Below are positions 36,939 through 47,781 of a stretch of DNA of 64,000 nucleotides, one piece after another; position 1 is the stretch's first letter, and each line of letters begins with the position of its first letter. Source of the DNA: Bacteroidales bacterium (GTDB lineage: Bacteria; Bacteroidota; Bacteroidia; Bacteroidales; VadinHA17); contig OY759745.1 in the NCBI GenBank assembly GCA_963662685.1, positions 1,745,752 through 1,809,751 on the forward strand, written 5' to 3'. A program made the translations under genes and the position numbers. Under the pieces are notes generated by a model, which searched no databases, was not told the DNA's origin, and saw only the letters and a program-made list of their open reading frames with translations.

Positions 36939-37751
36939 ATGGATATATTGAGGTATGATTTTATGATCAATGCTCTTCTCGGGGCATTTTTCGCTGCCAT
37001 ATCGGCGGGACTGGCAGGTACTTACATAGTTACCCGGAGAATGGTGTTTCTTAGCGGGGGTATTACTCACGCATCGTTCGGTGGTATAGGAATAGGATAT
37101 TTTTTTGGTTTTAATCCTATGCTTGGGGCCTCACTTTTTGGCGTGGCATCAGCACTTGGAGTTGAATACCTGTCCGTTAGGCAGAAAATCAGGGAGGACT
37201 CCGCTATAGGTATTTTGTGGGCATTAGGAATGGCTACAGGTATTATATTTGTTTACCTGACACCCGGATATGCGCCTGACTTGATGGGATATCTGTTCGG
37301 AAGTCTTTTAACCGTTTCCATGGGCGACATTATCGCTTTGGGGATATTATCTTTAGTGTTGATTATTTATTTCACGTTGTTTTACAGGACATTGATGTAT
37401 ATTTCATACGACGAGACATATGCCAGAACATACTCGAAAAATGTAGACCTGTTCAAATATATTACGACGGCATTGGTGGCACTGACCGTAGTCCTTAATA
37501 TAAGGATGGCCGGAATCATACTGGTACTATCGTTGCTCACAATTCCTCCCAATATAGTTATGATATTCACAAATAATTATTTAAAAATAATAATAGGGTC
37601 GGTTATAGTTGGCTTTGCCGGTACGGTTGCTGGTTTGGTTTCCTCTTATTATGTGAATATTCCGGTTGGAGCAACAATTATTTTTATTTTGGCACTGATA
37701 TGGATTATATCGAAATTGTTGGACGGTGTGATTAAAAAAAGGGATTTTTGA
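36939..37751 (+). CDS. znuB: Metal ABC transporter permease (ABC-3 family)
   Basis: 270 aa with about 8 TM helices and the typical ZnuB/TroC layout. Confidence 0.8.
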   Translation: MDILRYDFMINALLGAFFAAISAGLAGTYIVTRRMVFLSGGITHASFGGIGIGYFFGFNPMLGASLFGVASALGVEYLSVRQKIREDSAIGILWALGMATGIIFVYLTPGYAPDLMGYLFGSLLTVSMGDIIALGILSLVLIIYFTLFYRTLMYISYDETYARTYSKNVDLFKYITTALVALTVVLNIRMAGIILVLSLLTIPPNIVMIFTNNYLKIIIGSVIVGFAGTVAGLVSSYYVNIPVGATIIFILALIWIISKLLDGVIKKRDF

Positions 37752-37843
37752 AGCAACCTTTCTGACCATTTTTCCATCTTTCTTAGTACTGTAATTGTTT
37801 TTTGTAATAATTGTTTGTTATTTTTAACCTTTGAAACCAGATT

Positions 37844-38404
37844 GTGTTGACAGAGGTTAGAAATATCATAAATGGCTGTCTGAAAGGCAACAGATCTTCC
37901 CAGGAGTTGCTGTATAGACGTAATGTCGCTAAGATGTACGGGGTTTGTCTCCAGTACTCCGGAAACGAAGAAGAGGCAAACGACATACTTCAGGAGGGGT
38001 TTATTAAGATATTTGAAAATCTCTCCAGTTATAAGTTTGAGGGTTCTTTTGAAGGATGGATGAGGCGGATTATGGTAAATACCGCTCTTGAAAAATACAG
38101 GGAGAAACATAACCTTTACAGAGTCGATGATATTGATAATATTAACGAACTGGAGGCTGATATTGAGATTGGAGAGTATACGGGACTTGAAGCCGAGGAC
38201 CTGATGAGGATGATAAAGGCCCTTCCGCCTCAATATAAAATAGTATTCAATCTATACGCTATTGAGGGGTATTCCCATAAGGAAATAGGCCAAATGCTGG
38301 GGATAACGGCGAGTACATCCAAATCTAATCTTTCCAGGGCAAGAGATATTTTGCAACGAAAGGTTCTCTGTTTTACTGGAATAAAGAGGGTTATCAATGG
38401 TTAG
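37844..38404 (+). CDS. ECF-subfamily RNA polymerase sigma-70 factor
   Basis: 186 aa. Region 2 (DILQEGFIKIF...FEGWMRRIMVN) and region 4 (YAIEGYSHKEIGQMLGITASTSKSNLSRAR). GTG start. Confidence 0.85.
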   Translation: MLTEVRNIINGCLKGNRSSQELLYRRNVAKMYGVCLQYSGNEEEANDILQEGFIKIFENLSSYKFEGSFEGWMRRIMVNTALEKYREKHNLYRVDDIDNINELEADIEIGEYTGLEAEDLMRMIKALPPQYKIVFNLYAIEGYSHKEIGQMLGITASTSKSNLSRARDILQRKVLCFTGIKRVING

Positions 38405-39707
38405 TGGAAAAGAAAATATAGATATAGTTTTTAGAAACGGACTTAAAGATTTTGAGGCCACTCCTCCTTATGATATTTGGGAGGATATTAAGCCTTCTCT
38501 ACAAAAAAAGCCGGTCACTTCATCGACATGGAAGGTCGCCGCTTCCTTGGCCGTCCTGCTTTCTCTGGGTGTTGTTTCTTACAGGCTTGGCATGAACAGC
38601 GCGCTCAGGATTATTGAAACCGGTAGCGAATCTTTAGTTGATGTTATATCTGAACCTGATCCCTCATCTCCTTTTATCGCTTTTGACAATGAAACTTCCT
38701 CCCATGGTACTATTTTCGATGAAAGGCTCTTTACCACGGTTATTGAGGACTATGAAAAGCCAGTAGTCGCCGTAGATTTTAATAATGAAATAAAACGGGA
38801 AGGAGTTTTTTCTATTTCTGTTTCCAATCCGGAGGTTTTTGAGGAAGCGAACCGTAGTTTTTTTACCGGAGACATACGTACATATTCCATTGAAGAGATG
38901 AACGAGATGGTTTATGAAATGGAGATGACCGGTGTTGCTGGAAATGAGGAAAAGACAAAAAGGTGGTCGATCGCCGCTCTGGTTTCTCCAACATATTTAT
39001 CCGGACAGGGAAAAAACAATCAGCCTTTGCTCGCTATGAATGAAAGGCAGACAATATCATATGCAGGTGGGGTCTCCTTCGCTTTTGAGATAAGCGACAG
39101 GATCAGTGTCCAGTCGGGCCTCTATTATTCCTCTGTAGGACAACAGATCAGTGGCATATCGGCTTATGCGGGCTTTACTGCATATAACATGGCAAAGGGT
39201 TTACCGGCTTTTAAGGTTGCTACCAAAAGTGGAACGATAACAACAGATAACGCCGACATATTTCTTTCTGATGAGATGGGAAACAGGATCAGTAGCGATT
39301 ATTCGGCCGACAATTTTGACCCGGTAAAGTCCGATCTTTCAATGTTGGGCACATCATTACGCCAGAATTTCAGATATCTTGAACTTCCCCTGATCGTCAG
39401 ATATAAAATGATTGATGGCGACCTTGGATTCAACCTCATTGGTGGGGTATCATCAAATATTCTTGTTGGTAACAATGTCTATTTGAACGACGGAGGGGTT
39501 AAATATAATGTTGGAAGTACCGAAGGTCTGCGTGACTATATAGTAAGCAGCACATTGGGGATGGGTATGGAATACAGTATTTCTAACAGTGTATCGTTAA
39601 ATATTGAGCCTGTTGTCAGATATTATATTACTCCGGTAAGCAATTCCGGCAATGGAATCAATCCCTTTACGTTTGGCCTGTTCTCCGGCATCTCCTATAA
39701 ATTCTGA
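38397..39707 (+). CDS. Putative anti-sigma-like membrane protein fused to a PorT/OmpA-like outer-membrane beta-barrel domain
   Basis: 436 aa with an 8-nt overlap with the sigma gene. It has a short N-terminal segment, one TM helix (WKVAASLAVLLSLGVVSY), and a C-terminal roughly 240 aa beta-barrel pattern ending ...GISYKF. Confidence 0.55.
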   Translation: MVSGKENIDIVFRNGLKDFEATPPYDIWEDIKPSLQKKPVTSSTWKVAASLAVLLSLGVVSYRLGMNSALRIIETGSESLVDVISEPDPSSPFIAFDNETSSHGTIFDERLFTTVIEDYEKPVVAVDFNNEIKREGVFSISVSNPEVFEEANRSFFTGDIRTYSIEEMNEMVYEMEMTGVAGNEEKTKRWSIAALVSPTYLSGQGKNNQPLLAMNERQTISYAGGVSFAFEISDRISVQSGLYYSSVGQQISGISAYAGFTAYNMAKGLPAFKVATKSGTITTDNADIFLSDEMGNRISSDYSADNFDPVKSDLSMLGTSLRQNFRYLELPLIVRYKMIDGDLGFNLIGGVSSNILVGNNVYLNDGGVKYNVGSTEGLRDYIVSSTLGMGMEYSISNSVSLNIEPVVRYYITPVSNSGNGINPFTFGLFSGISYKF

Positions 39708-39771
39708 TCCCGGCTATGACATATCAATTTCATAGTCTCTTTATTTTTTTACTTATCGTAGGCATAATGTT

Positions 39772-40719
39772 ATGATTAATATTAATAGAAACTCTATCCT
39801 TGCTGTTGTTTCCGTTACCGTTTTGGTTATCACTTTTTTTATCGTCATGGGTTTTGGAAATAAAAATCCCGACTCCACCGTTTTCTTTGATAGCAGTATA
39901 TCGACCCAAAATCTGAACCAGATATATAAACTGCCAGACACTCTCTATTTTGCCGGGGAGAGGATGCCTATTGAAAATTTCGACACAAGGGAGAGCCTGG
40001 AGAAAGAGCTTATAATGAGCGCCTATCGGCATTCATCTACAATTCTTATTATCAAAAAGGCTAACAGGTATTTTCCTGTAATAGAACCTATATTGAAGGA
40101 GCATAATGTACCCGATGATTTCAAATATCTTGTCGCTGCTGAAAGTGAATTCGCCAATGTTATTTCGCCTGCCGGAGCTACCGGTTTCTGGCAGATTATG
40201 CAGGGTTCAGGCAGAGAGGAGGGACTTGAGATCAACAGCGTGGTGGATGAACGTTACAGTCTTGAGAAATCGACGGAATTCGCCTGTAAATATTTGTTGA
40301 AATCATTTGAACAATTTGGTAACTGGACCCTTGTGGCGGCATCTTATAATGGAGGCAGGGCCGGCATACAGGACCAGATAGATATACAGAAACAATATGA
40401 TTATTATGATCTTCTTTTTAACGAGGAGACCGCAAGGTACGTATTTAGAGTAGCGGCCTATAAGCTTATCATTAACAATCCCTTGGATTATGGTTTTGAC
40501 ATAACTGAAAACGATCTGTACAGACCTCTTCACTATAAAGAGGTGGAAATTGATACAGCCATCAATGATTTCGCTAAATTCGCGGAGCAATTCGGGACAA
40601 ATTACAAGATTCTTAAATTTCTTAATCCATGGTTGCGAAAGCCATACCTAACGGCACGTGCCAATAAGAAATATATTATAAAAGTTCCCGATGGAGATAT
40701 GAGGTTGTATACAGAATAA
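39772..40719 (+). CDS. Lytic transglycosylase (SLT domain) protein
   Basis: 315 aa: N-terminal TM, and the motif AESEF...[12 protein letters not shown]...YNGG. Confidence 0.75.
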   Translation: MININRNSILAVVSVTVLVITFFIVMGFGNKNPDSTVFFDSSISTQNLNQIYKLPDTLYFAGERMPIENFDTRESLEKELIMSAYRHSSTILIIKKANRYFPVIEPILKEHNVPDDFKYLVAAESEFANVISPAGATGFWQIMQGSGREEGLEINSVVDERYSLEKSTEFACKYLLKSFEQFGNWTLVAASYNGGRAGIQDQIDIQKQYDYYDLLFNEETARYVFRVAAYKLIINNPLDYGFDITENDLYRPLHYKEVEIDTAINDFAKFAEQFGTNYKILKFLNPWLRKPYLTARANKKYIIKVPDGDMRLYTE

Positions 40720-40727
40720 AAATCAAC

Positions 40728-43550
40728 ATGGGCGGAGAGATACAGGTCTTTGGAGCCAGGGAGAATAATCTGAAAAATTTGGACGTTACTATCCCCAGGG
40801 ATAAACTGGTTGTGGTAACCGGACTTAGTGGCAGCGGGAAATCGTCGCTTGCTTTTGACACTATATATGCTGAAGGTCAGCGCAGGTATATGGAGACACT
40901 CTCGGCTTACGCACGTCAGTTTCTGGGAAATATGGAGCGCCCTGATGTAGATAAAATTACCGGACTCAGTCCGGTAATCTCCATAGAACAAAAGTCTGTA
41001 AACAAGAATCCCCGCTCAACCGTAGGTACCATTACGGAGATATACGATTATCTAAGACTTCTTTACGCCAGGGCCGCTGATGCCTATTCCATGGCTTCGG
41101 GAGAAAAGATGGTCAGGTATACCGACGATCAGATAATAGATCTCGTGAAGATGAAATTCATGGGTCACAGGATCTATTTCCTCGCTCCTTTGATAAAGGG
41201 AAGAAAAGGTCATTATAAGGAACTTTTTGAACAGTTACGACGCAAAGGATTTCTTAGCGTAAGGGTAGATAATGAGATCAAAGAGCTGGTACCGGAAATG
41301 AAACTTGACAGGTATAAGACTCATTTCATAGAACTGGTTGTTGATAAGTTCAGGGTAGGAGAGGTAACAGATAAGAGGCTTGTGGAATCGATACACCTGT
41401 CGCTTGACCAGGGAGACGGAATCATGTTGGTCATTGATGCCGAGAATAACGAATCGAGATATTTCAGCAGGTACCTGATGTGCCCGGTGACAGGCATATC
41501 ATATAACGAGCCTGCTCCCCACACCTTCTCGTTCAATTCGCCCCAGGGTGCCTGTCCGCACTGTAACGGGCTTGGCGAGGTTACAAGTATCGACGAGAAA
41601 AAATTAATACCGGATCCGCACATTAGCATAAGGGATGGAGGTATAAAACCTTTAGGAAAGTATCGTAATATCTGGATATTCTGGCAGTTAGAGGCGGTGG
41701 CGGCAAAAAATGGCTTTACACTCGACACACCTATTAAAAAGATCTCCGGTGAGGCCCTGGCAAAGGTTTTGTATGGAAGCGACGAGAGACTGAGATTGAC
41801 AAATACACCTCTCGGCATGACATCTTCATATACTCTAACCTTTGAAGGGGTTGTTAATTATGTGCGGAATATAGAGGCAATAAACGGGAAGAAAGATTCT
41901 GATAAACTTAACGACAATTATATCCAATATGAGGTCTGTCCCGAGTGTAACGGTACAAGACTAAAGAAAGAGGCGCTTTTCTTCAGGATAGCCGATAAGA
42001 ATATAGGGGAGTTGGCCGGCATGGATATCAAAGAACTCTCACGGTTTTTGTGGGATGTGGAATCCTCTATGGAAGAACGACAGAGAAAGATTGCCGCGGA
42101 AGTACTCAAAGAGATACGGACCCGTTTGTCGTTTTTGCTGGAGGTGGGACTCGACTATCTTTCGCTTAACAGAGGAGCGGCAACATTATCGGGGGGTGAG
42201 AGTCAGCGTATCCGGCTCGCGACCCAGATAGGATCAAAGCTTGTAAACGTATTATACATTCTTGATGAACCAAGTATAGGTCTTCACCAGAGAGATAACA
42301 GTCGTCTGATAGGCGCGCTCAAAGAGTTGAGAGATGCAGGAAACTCTGTTATTGTTGTGGAACACGATAAAGACATGATGCTCGCGGCCGACCATATTAT
42401 TGATATGGGACCTGGTGCGGGAAGACTGGGAGGCAGGATAGTCGCGCAGGGACCTCCTGCAGAATTTGTAAAGCATAACAGTCTGACAGCCGATTATCTG
42501 AATAACATAAAGAAAGTGGAGCAGCCATCAACACGTAGACAGGGTAACGGTAAATATTTAATGATAACCGGTGCAACTGGCCATAATCTCAAAAATGTTG
42601 ATGTCGTTTTTCCGTTGGGGACGCTTATTTGCGTCACAGGCGTCTCAGGAAGCGGTAAATCATCACTGATAAACCAGACTCTTCATCCGGCACTGGCAAA
42701 GAAATTCTATAGGGCCGAGCGTGTTCCGCTTCCGTACAAAGATCTGATAGGTATTGAGAATATCGACAAGGTCATTGAGGTCAGTCAGGCTCCCATAGGA
42801 AAAACCCCGAGATCGAATCCTGCGACATATACCGGAGTGTTTACTGATATCAGAAAACTTTTTGAACAGACAACAGAGGCCAAAATACGGGGATTCTCGG
42901 CGGGCCGGTTTTCGTTTAACGTCAAAGGCGGAAGATGTGAGGCGTGTCAGGGTGCCGGGGTCAAAACTATAGAGATGAATTTTCTTCCTGATGTGTATGT
43001 TCGCTGTACTGAATGCAACGGGAAGAGATACAACAGGGAAACACTTGAAGTCAGGTATAAGGGGAAATCGATAAGTGATGTTTTGGATATGACAATAAAT
43101 ATAGCGGTCGATTTTTTCGCTAACATACCATCAATATACCAGAAAATAAAGACTATGCAGGAAGTGGGACTTGGATATATAAGGCTGGGACAGCAATCCA
43201 CGACACTTTCAGGAGGAGAGGCCCAGAGGGTCAAGTTGGCAACGGAACTGGCCCGTAGGGATACAGGTAAGACTCTGTATATACTGGACGAACCAACTAC
43301 AGGACTCCATTTTGAAGACATAAGAGTACTTATGGAAGTTCTAAATAAGTTAGTGGACAGGGGAAATACGGTTATTGTCATTGAGCATAATATAGACGTG
43401 ATAAAGTTAGCCGATCATGTTATTGATATAGGCAAAGAAGGAGGAGATGAGGGAGGGGAAATTATATTTGCCGGGGTGCCTGAAGAGTTGGCTAAGTGTA
43501 AAAATAGTTATACTGGTCTTTTCCTTAAGAGCGAACTTTTGGGAGGATAA
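40728..43550 (+). CDS. uvrA: Excinuclease ABC subunit A
   Basis: 940 aa with [23 protein letters not shown], zinc-finger Cys clusters and two ABC modules. Confidence 0.97.
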   Translation: MGGEIQVFGARENNLKNLDVTIPRDKLVVVTGLSGSGKSSLAFDTIYAEGQRRYMETLSAYARQFLGNMERPDVDKITGLSPVISIEQKSVNKNPRSTVGTITEIYDYLRLLYARAADAYSMASGEKMVRYTDDQIIDLVKMKFMGHRIYFLAPLIKGRKGHYKELFEQLRRKGFLSVRVDNEIKELVPEMKLDRYKTHFIELVVDKFRVGEVTDKRLVESIHLSLDQGDGIMLVIDAENNESRYFSRYLMCPVTGISYNEPAPHTFSFNSPQGACPHCNGLGEVTSIDEKKLIPDPHISIRDGGIKPLGKYRNIWIFWQLEAVAAKNGFTLDTPIKKISGEALAKVLYGSDERLRLTNTPLGMTSSYTLTFEGVVNYVRNIEAINGKKDSDKLNDNYIQYEVCPECNGTRLKKEALFFRIADKNIGELAGMDIKELSRFLWDVESSMEERQRKIAAEVLKEIRTRLSFLLEVGLDYLSLNRGAATLSGGESQRIRLATQIGSKLVNVLYILDEPSIGLHQRDNSRLIGALKELRDAGNSVIVVEHDKDMMLAADHIIDMGPGAGRLGGRIVAQGPPAEFVKHNSLTADYLNNIKKVEQPSTRRQGNGKYLMITGATGHNLKNVDVVFPLGTLICVTGVSGSGKSSLINQTLHPALAKKFYRAERVPLPYKDLIGIENIDKVIEVSQAPIGKTPRSNPATYTGVFTDIRKLFEQTTEAKIRGFSAGRFSFNVKGGRCEACQGAGVKTIEMNFLPDVYVRCTECNGKRYNRETLEVRYKGKSISDVLDMTINIAVDFFANIPSIYQKIKTMQEVGLGYIRLGQQSTTLSGGEAQRVKLATELARRDTGKTLYILDEPTTGLHFEDIRVLMEVLNKLVDRGNTVIVIEHNIDVIKLADHVIDIGKEGGDEGGEIIFAGVPEELAKCKNSYTGLFLKSELLGG

Positions 43551-43659
43551 ATTGACTATATTTGTTGACCCTGACCTCTGGGAAATGATATTTTAAACAT
43601 GTATTTTGAGACAATATGCTCAAATAGGAGGCGACTAAAAATTTAAATGCTGGATAATT

Positions 43660-44379
43660 ATGGGAAAAGATGTAAAACAGTCCGATCTTACTAAAGCGGC
43701 GTTTGATGAAAAGACATGGAACGAAATTCATATTGACGATTCATGGCGGGTATTTAAAATTATTTCAGAATTGGTAGAGGGATTTGAAAAGCTTGCCAGG
43801 ATAGGTCCATGCGTTTCTATTTTTGGCTCGGCGCGAACCAAACCCGACAGTAAATACTTCAAACTTGCCGAAGATATAGCTTTTAAACTGACCCAAAACG
43901 GTTATGGCGTTATTACCGGCGGTGGCCCGGGGATCATGGAGGCAGCCAATATGGGAGCGACAAAGGGCCATGGTAAATCTGTCGGTATAAACATCGATTT
44001 GCCGTTCGAACAGCATCCTAATGTTTTCATAGATACAGATAAACTGATCACCTTCGACCATTTTTTTGTAAGAAAGGTGATGTTTATGAAATACTCGCAA
44101 GGATTCATTGTTCTTCCGGGCGGATTCGGCACATTTGATGAACTCTTTGAGGCCATGACCTTGATACAGACAAAAAAAATAGGGAAGTTTCCAATAGTTT
44201 TAGTAGGGAAAAATTACTGGAAAGGTTTGGTTAAGTGGATCAGTGAGGAGATGCTTGAAGAGGAAAGAAATATCTCCGAAGGGGATATGGAGCTTTTTTC
44301 TGTTGTGGATACAGCTGATGAGGCGGTAAATAAAATAGTTGATTTTTATTCGCAGTTCCTGCTGAGCCCGAATTTTTAA
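43660..44379 (+). CDS. LOG-family (TIGR00730) nucleotide phosphoribohydrolase
   Basis: GGGPGIMEA and [12 protein letters not shown] motifs. Confidence 0.85.
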   Translation: MGKDVKQSDLTKAAFDEKTWNEIHIDDSWRVFKIISELVEGFEKLARIGPCVSIFGSARTKPDSKYFKLAEDIAFKLTQNGYGVITGGGPGIMEAANMGATKGHGKSVGINIDLPFEQHPNVFIDTDKLITFDHFFVRKVMFMKYSQGFIVLPGGFGTFDELFEAMTLIQTKKIGKFPIVLVGKNYWKGLVKWISEEMLEEERNISEGDMELFSVVDTADEAVNKIVDFYSQFLLSPNF

Positions 44380-44852
44380 AACCTGGCTTTCATTTTTCTT
44401 ATCCTGTCCATCTCCCTGGAGGCGTCTTCCTTTTTAAGGGACTCCCTTTTGTCGAACTCTTTTTTACCGCGTGCCACTGCTATTTCAGCTTTGGCCAACC
44501 CTCTCTCGTTGATAAACACCTTGGTGACGATTATGGTGAGGCCTGTCTCTTTTGTTTTTCTCTCAATTTTGCGAAGCTCTTTCCTGTTAAGGAGCAGCTT
44601 GCGATCTCTCAATGGGTCGTGGTTGTTTAAATTGCCCCACCAGTATTCGGAAATATGCATACCCCTTAGTAACAGTTCTCCGTTGGAGAAAAAGCAGTAG
44701 GAATCAACGACAGAAGCTTTACCGAGGCGAATAGATTTGATCTCAGTTCCGGAGAGTTTTATACCAGCGATATATTTTTCCAGAAACTCGTAAAAATGCG
44801 AAGCCTTTTTATTTTTGATTACAATATCGCCGCTACCTCTCTTCATAAGCAA
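44376..44852 (-). CDS. smpB: SsrA-binding protein
   Basis: 158 aa with [11 protein letters not shown]...GTEIKS...ISEYWWGN...[10 protein letters not shown]. Confidence 0.93.
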   Translation of the reverse strand: MLMKRGSGDIVIKNKKASHFYEFLEKYIAGIKLSGTEIKSIRLGKASVVDSYCFFSNGELLLRGMHISEYWWGNLNNHDPLRDRKLLLNRKELRKIERKTKETGLTIIVTKVFINERGLAKAEIAVARGKKEFDKRESLKKEDASREMDRIRKMKARF

Positions 44853-44928
44853 AATTTAATTTTTTTATCGGTCAAAAATACTCAAAAAAACAACTAACTT
44901 GCTTCTTATTTATAAATTGAGCCTCCTG

Positions 44929-45870
44929 ATGATTTCTCCGGAAGACGGAAAATATGATATTATAGTGATAACGGGTCCTACCGCTTCAGGAAAGACGGCA
45001 CTTGCGGCAGCCCTGGCCGCAGCAAGTGGGGGGGAAGTGGTAAGCGCCGACTCCCGTCAGGTTTACAGGAGGATGGATGTTGGAACAGGGAAAGATTTAC
45101 TTGATTATATAGTTGACGGATATCATGTTCCTTATCATCTTATTGATATCCTGGAACCAGGCGAGAAATATAACGTTTTTAAATATCAGCGGGATTTTTT
45201 AAAGGTTTATAAGGATATAAATTCCAGAAAGAAATTGCCGGTTATATGTGGGGGATCAGGTATGTATCTGGACAGTGTGGTGTCAGGTTACAATATGTTC
45301 GAGGTGCCTCCTGATGCCGCATTAAGGAACAGCCTGGGGAAAAAATCAATGAATGAACTGATAGATATACTTACCACCTACAAGGAGTTGCATAATGTTA
45401 CTGATCTCGATTCCAAGAAGAGGGTCATAAGGGCTATTGAGATAGCGCATTACCACAAACAGGCAGAAACCCGGCAGCAGAGGTTTCCCCATCTGAAGTC
45501 GTTGATCATAGGGATAGACCTGGGAAGGGATCTCAGGAGGAGACGGATATCCTCCCGTCTTTTGGATCGGTTGGAAAATGGTTTGATTAAAGAGGTGAAA
45601 AGCCTTATAACCAGTGGGGTAGCTCCTGAATTGCTGATATATTACGGCCTTGAGTATAAATATGTTACCAATTACGTTATTGGTAAGTTGGGATACGACG
45701 AGATGGTATCCGCATTGGAGATCGCCATTCATCAGTTCGCGAAACGCCAGATGACATGGTTTCGCGGTATGGAGAGACGTGGGGCCAGGATCAATTGGAT
45801 AGACGGGTCGCTTTCAATGAATGAAAAACTCAATACCGTTGAAAGAATATGGGAAATGGGCCAGTCTTGA
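44929..45870 (+). CDS. miaA: tRNA dimethylallyltransferase
   Basis: P-loop GPTASGKT, DSRQVYR and MDVGTGK motifs. I prefer the ATG at 44929 over the TTG at 44899. Confidence 0.9.
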   Translation: MISPEDGKYDIIVITGPTASGKTALAAALAAASGGEVVSADSRQVYRRMDVGTGKDLLDYIVDGYHVPYHLIDILEPGEKYNVFKYQRDFLKVYKDINSRKKLPVICGGSGMYLDSVVSGYNMFEVPPDAALRNSLGKKSMNELIDILTTYKELHNVTDLDSKKRVIRAIEIAHYHKQAETRQQRFPHLKSLIIGIDLGRDLRRRRISSRLLDRLENGLIKEVKSLITSGVAPELLIYYGLEYKYVTNYVIGKLGYDEMVSALEIAIHQFAKRQMTWFRGMERRGARINWIDGSLSMNEKLNTVERIWEMGQS

Positions 45871-45877
45871 GAACTTG

Positions 45878-47521
45878 TTAACTGTACATAAACCTTTTGA
45901 TACTCTTCTTGGGAGTTTTAACGAACGCTTCTTTTTGCAGCTCTATTTTAGAGATCCGGCTGTAGGCGGGCAACATGCCGTTTAACTTGTTGCGGTTTTC
46001 TTCCATAAGTTTTTCCAGATCATCGCCTTCAACAGATTCGGCACTGGCCTTTTCAAAGTCGGGTACCACCAATGCAAAGAGCTTTTTACCTCTGTCAACT
46101 ACAATAGACTCTGCAACCAAAGGCAGACTGTTAAGTTTATCCTCTATCTCCTCAGGATATATGTTTTGTCCATTGGCGCTAAGGATCATACTCTTACCCC
46201 TGCCCTTAATAAATATGTTACCCTCTTTATCAATTATGCCCAGATCGCCTGTCTTTAACCAGCCGTCTTCAGTGAATGTGGCTGCTGTTGCTTCCGGATT
46301 TTTATAATAACCCAGCATAACGTTTTCTCCTTTGGTTTGAATCTCACCAACAATGTTCCGCGCATCTTCCGAATCAATTCTGACCTCCATACGGTGAACC
46401 ACCTCTCCACAGGAACGCATTTTAAATTTTGCCGCATCTTTATATCCTATGAGAGGTCCGCATTCTGTCATCCCATAACCTACTGAGTATGGAAGCTTCA
46501 GTTTTTTCATGACTATCTCAACGTTTTCAGCTATTGCTGCTCCACCGGCTACTATCTTTCTAACGTTTCCACCGAAAGCTGTCATAAGCTTTTTATTTAT
46601 GGTGGAAAATAACAGGTTTTTAATGCCCGGAATCGCGAGAAGGATTTTGAAAAGAGGCTTTTCTATTGTAGGGATTACCTTTCCTTTGACTATTTTTTCC
46701 AGTACAAGTGGAACAGTAATTATCAGGTAGGGTTTCACTTCTCCCAGAGCCTGAAGCAATAAGGCCGGTGTTGGTACTTTGCCTAACAGGTAAACATGAC
46801 AACCGGTCGTAAGTGGATATATGAGTTCAAATGCGAGGCCGTACATGTGAGCAAGGGGAAGCATTGAAACTATTGTCTCGCCCGGAGATGCGGGAAGTTC
46901 GGTGATAGCGAATTCCCTGTTTGAACTGACGTTTCTGGCGTTCAGCATGACCCCTTTGGGTGAACTTGTCGTTCCGGATGTATAACTTATAAGGGTCAGG
47001 TCGTCCAGGCTCCCGTAGTTGTATTTAATGTCGGCGGCGCAAAATCCTCCCGGGTGCTCTTTGTTAAAGAGAGTGTCCATATTATCGAGTGATCCGGCGA
47101 GTATACCATCCCTTGAAAAAAGCGTGGTAGAGTCGTCTATATTTATAATGCCATTAATCATCGGCATTTTTTCGGGATCAATCTGATTGAATATTACTTT
47201 TTCCGTGAAGAGCAGAGTACTTTCTGAGTGGTCAGTAAGGGACTGAACGCTTTCCGGAAGAAAATCATTTAAGATGGGCACCACTATCGCGCCGTATGAG
47301 GTTACGGCAAAGAAGGCTATACACCAGCGGGCGTTATTTTTTGAACATAGAGCGATCTTGTCGCCTTTTTTTACTTTGTTTTTTTTGAATACTATATGAA
47401 GTTTCTCTATTTCAGTAGCAATCTCTCCAAAGGTGAATGTCTCCCCTTTGAAATTGCTTAATCCCGGTTTGTCCCAGTTATTTTTTATGGCTTCCTCGAA
47501 ACGTTCAAGATAATGTTTCAT
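45878..47521 (-). CDS. AMP-dependent synthetase/ligase (long-chain fatty-acid-CoA ligase-like)
   Basis: 547 aa with YTSGTTSSPKGV, GYGMTE and TGDLG motifs. Confidence 0.85.
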   Translation of the reverse strand: MKHYLERFEEAIKNNWDKPGLSNFKGETFTFGEIATEIEKLHIVFKKNKVKKGDKIALCSKNNARWCIAFFAVTSYGAIVVPILNDFLPESVQSLTDHSESTLLFTEKVIFNQIDPEKMPMINGIINIDDSTTLFSRDGILAGSLDNMDTLFNKEHPGGFCAADIKYNYGSLDDLTLISYTSGTTSSPKGVMLNARNVSSNREFAITELPASPGETIVSMLPLAHMYGLAFELIYPLTTGCHVYLLGKVPTPALLLQALGEVKPYLIITVPLVLEKIVKGKVIPTIEKPLFKILLAIPGIKNLLFSTINKKLMTAFGGNVRKIVAGGAAIAENVEIVMKKLKLPYSVGYGMTECGPLIGYKDAAKFKMRSCGEVVHRMEVRIDSEDARNIVGEIQTKGENVMLGYYKNPEATAATFTEDGWLKTGDLGIIDKEGNIFIKGRGKSMILSANGQNIYPEEIEDKLNSLPLVAESIVVDRGKKLFALVVPDFEKASAESVEGDDLEKLMEENRNKLNGMLPAYSRISKIELQKEAFVKTPKKSIKRFMYS

Positions 47522-47678
47522 AGATTATTTATTTTTTGTAGTCAGGTTTATCAGATACTTGGTCCAGTAAGCGGCATAACGAAAAGATTGGCATCAGATG
47601 CGGGTTGATATGTCGGCTTTCAATAAATTGATTTCAATTGAAACAAAGATCAAAGATTCTTAATTATTTCCGAACGAA

Positions 47679-47774
47679 ATGTGGTGTAAATGTAATCTCA
47701 GCAGGATGAATCCGTAAAATATGTGGCTAAAACTATAAATATGTGGCGAAAAAAGTAAAACATAAAAAATGTGT
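47679..47774 (+). repeat. Cluster of ATGTGG-core direct repeats (two exact AAATATGTGGC copies 20 bp apart)
   Basis: AAATATGTGGC at 47717-47727 and 47737-47747. Degenerate copies lie at 47679 (ATGTGGTG) and 47769 (ATGTGT). Confidence 0.35.
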
Positions 47775-47781
47775 TTAGTTT

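Noticed and set aside
37649-38233. 194-aa minus-strand ORF overlapping the ECF sigma factor gene. Similar long antisense ORFs: 2077-2670(+), 41321-41818(-), 57512-58159(+), 60948-61514(+), 22264-22719(+), 32991-33476(+)
   Set aside because: All lie antisense to or out of frame within longer genes that carry strong family motifs. Their translations are low-complexity, Ser/Leu/Cys-rich shadow sequences with no recognisable domains.
47679-47775. Interpretation of the ATGTGG repeat cluster as the chromosomal replication origin
   Set aside because: Only one box is within one mismatch of the DnaA consensus. There is no dnaA/dnaN context and no clear DNA-unwinding element. I kept it only as a low-interest regulatory-repeat finding.
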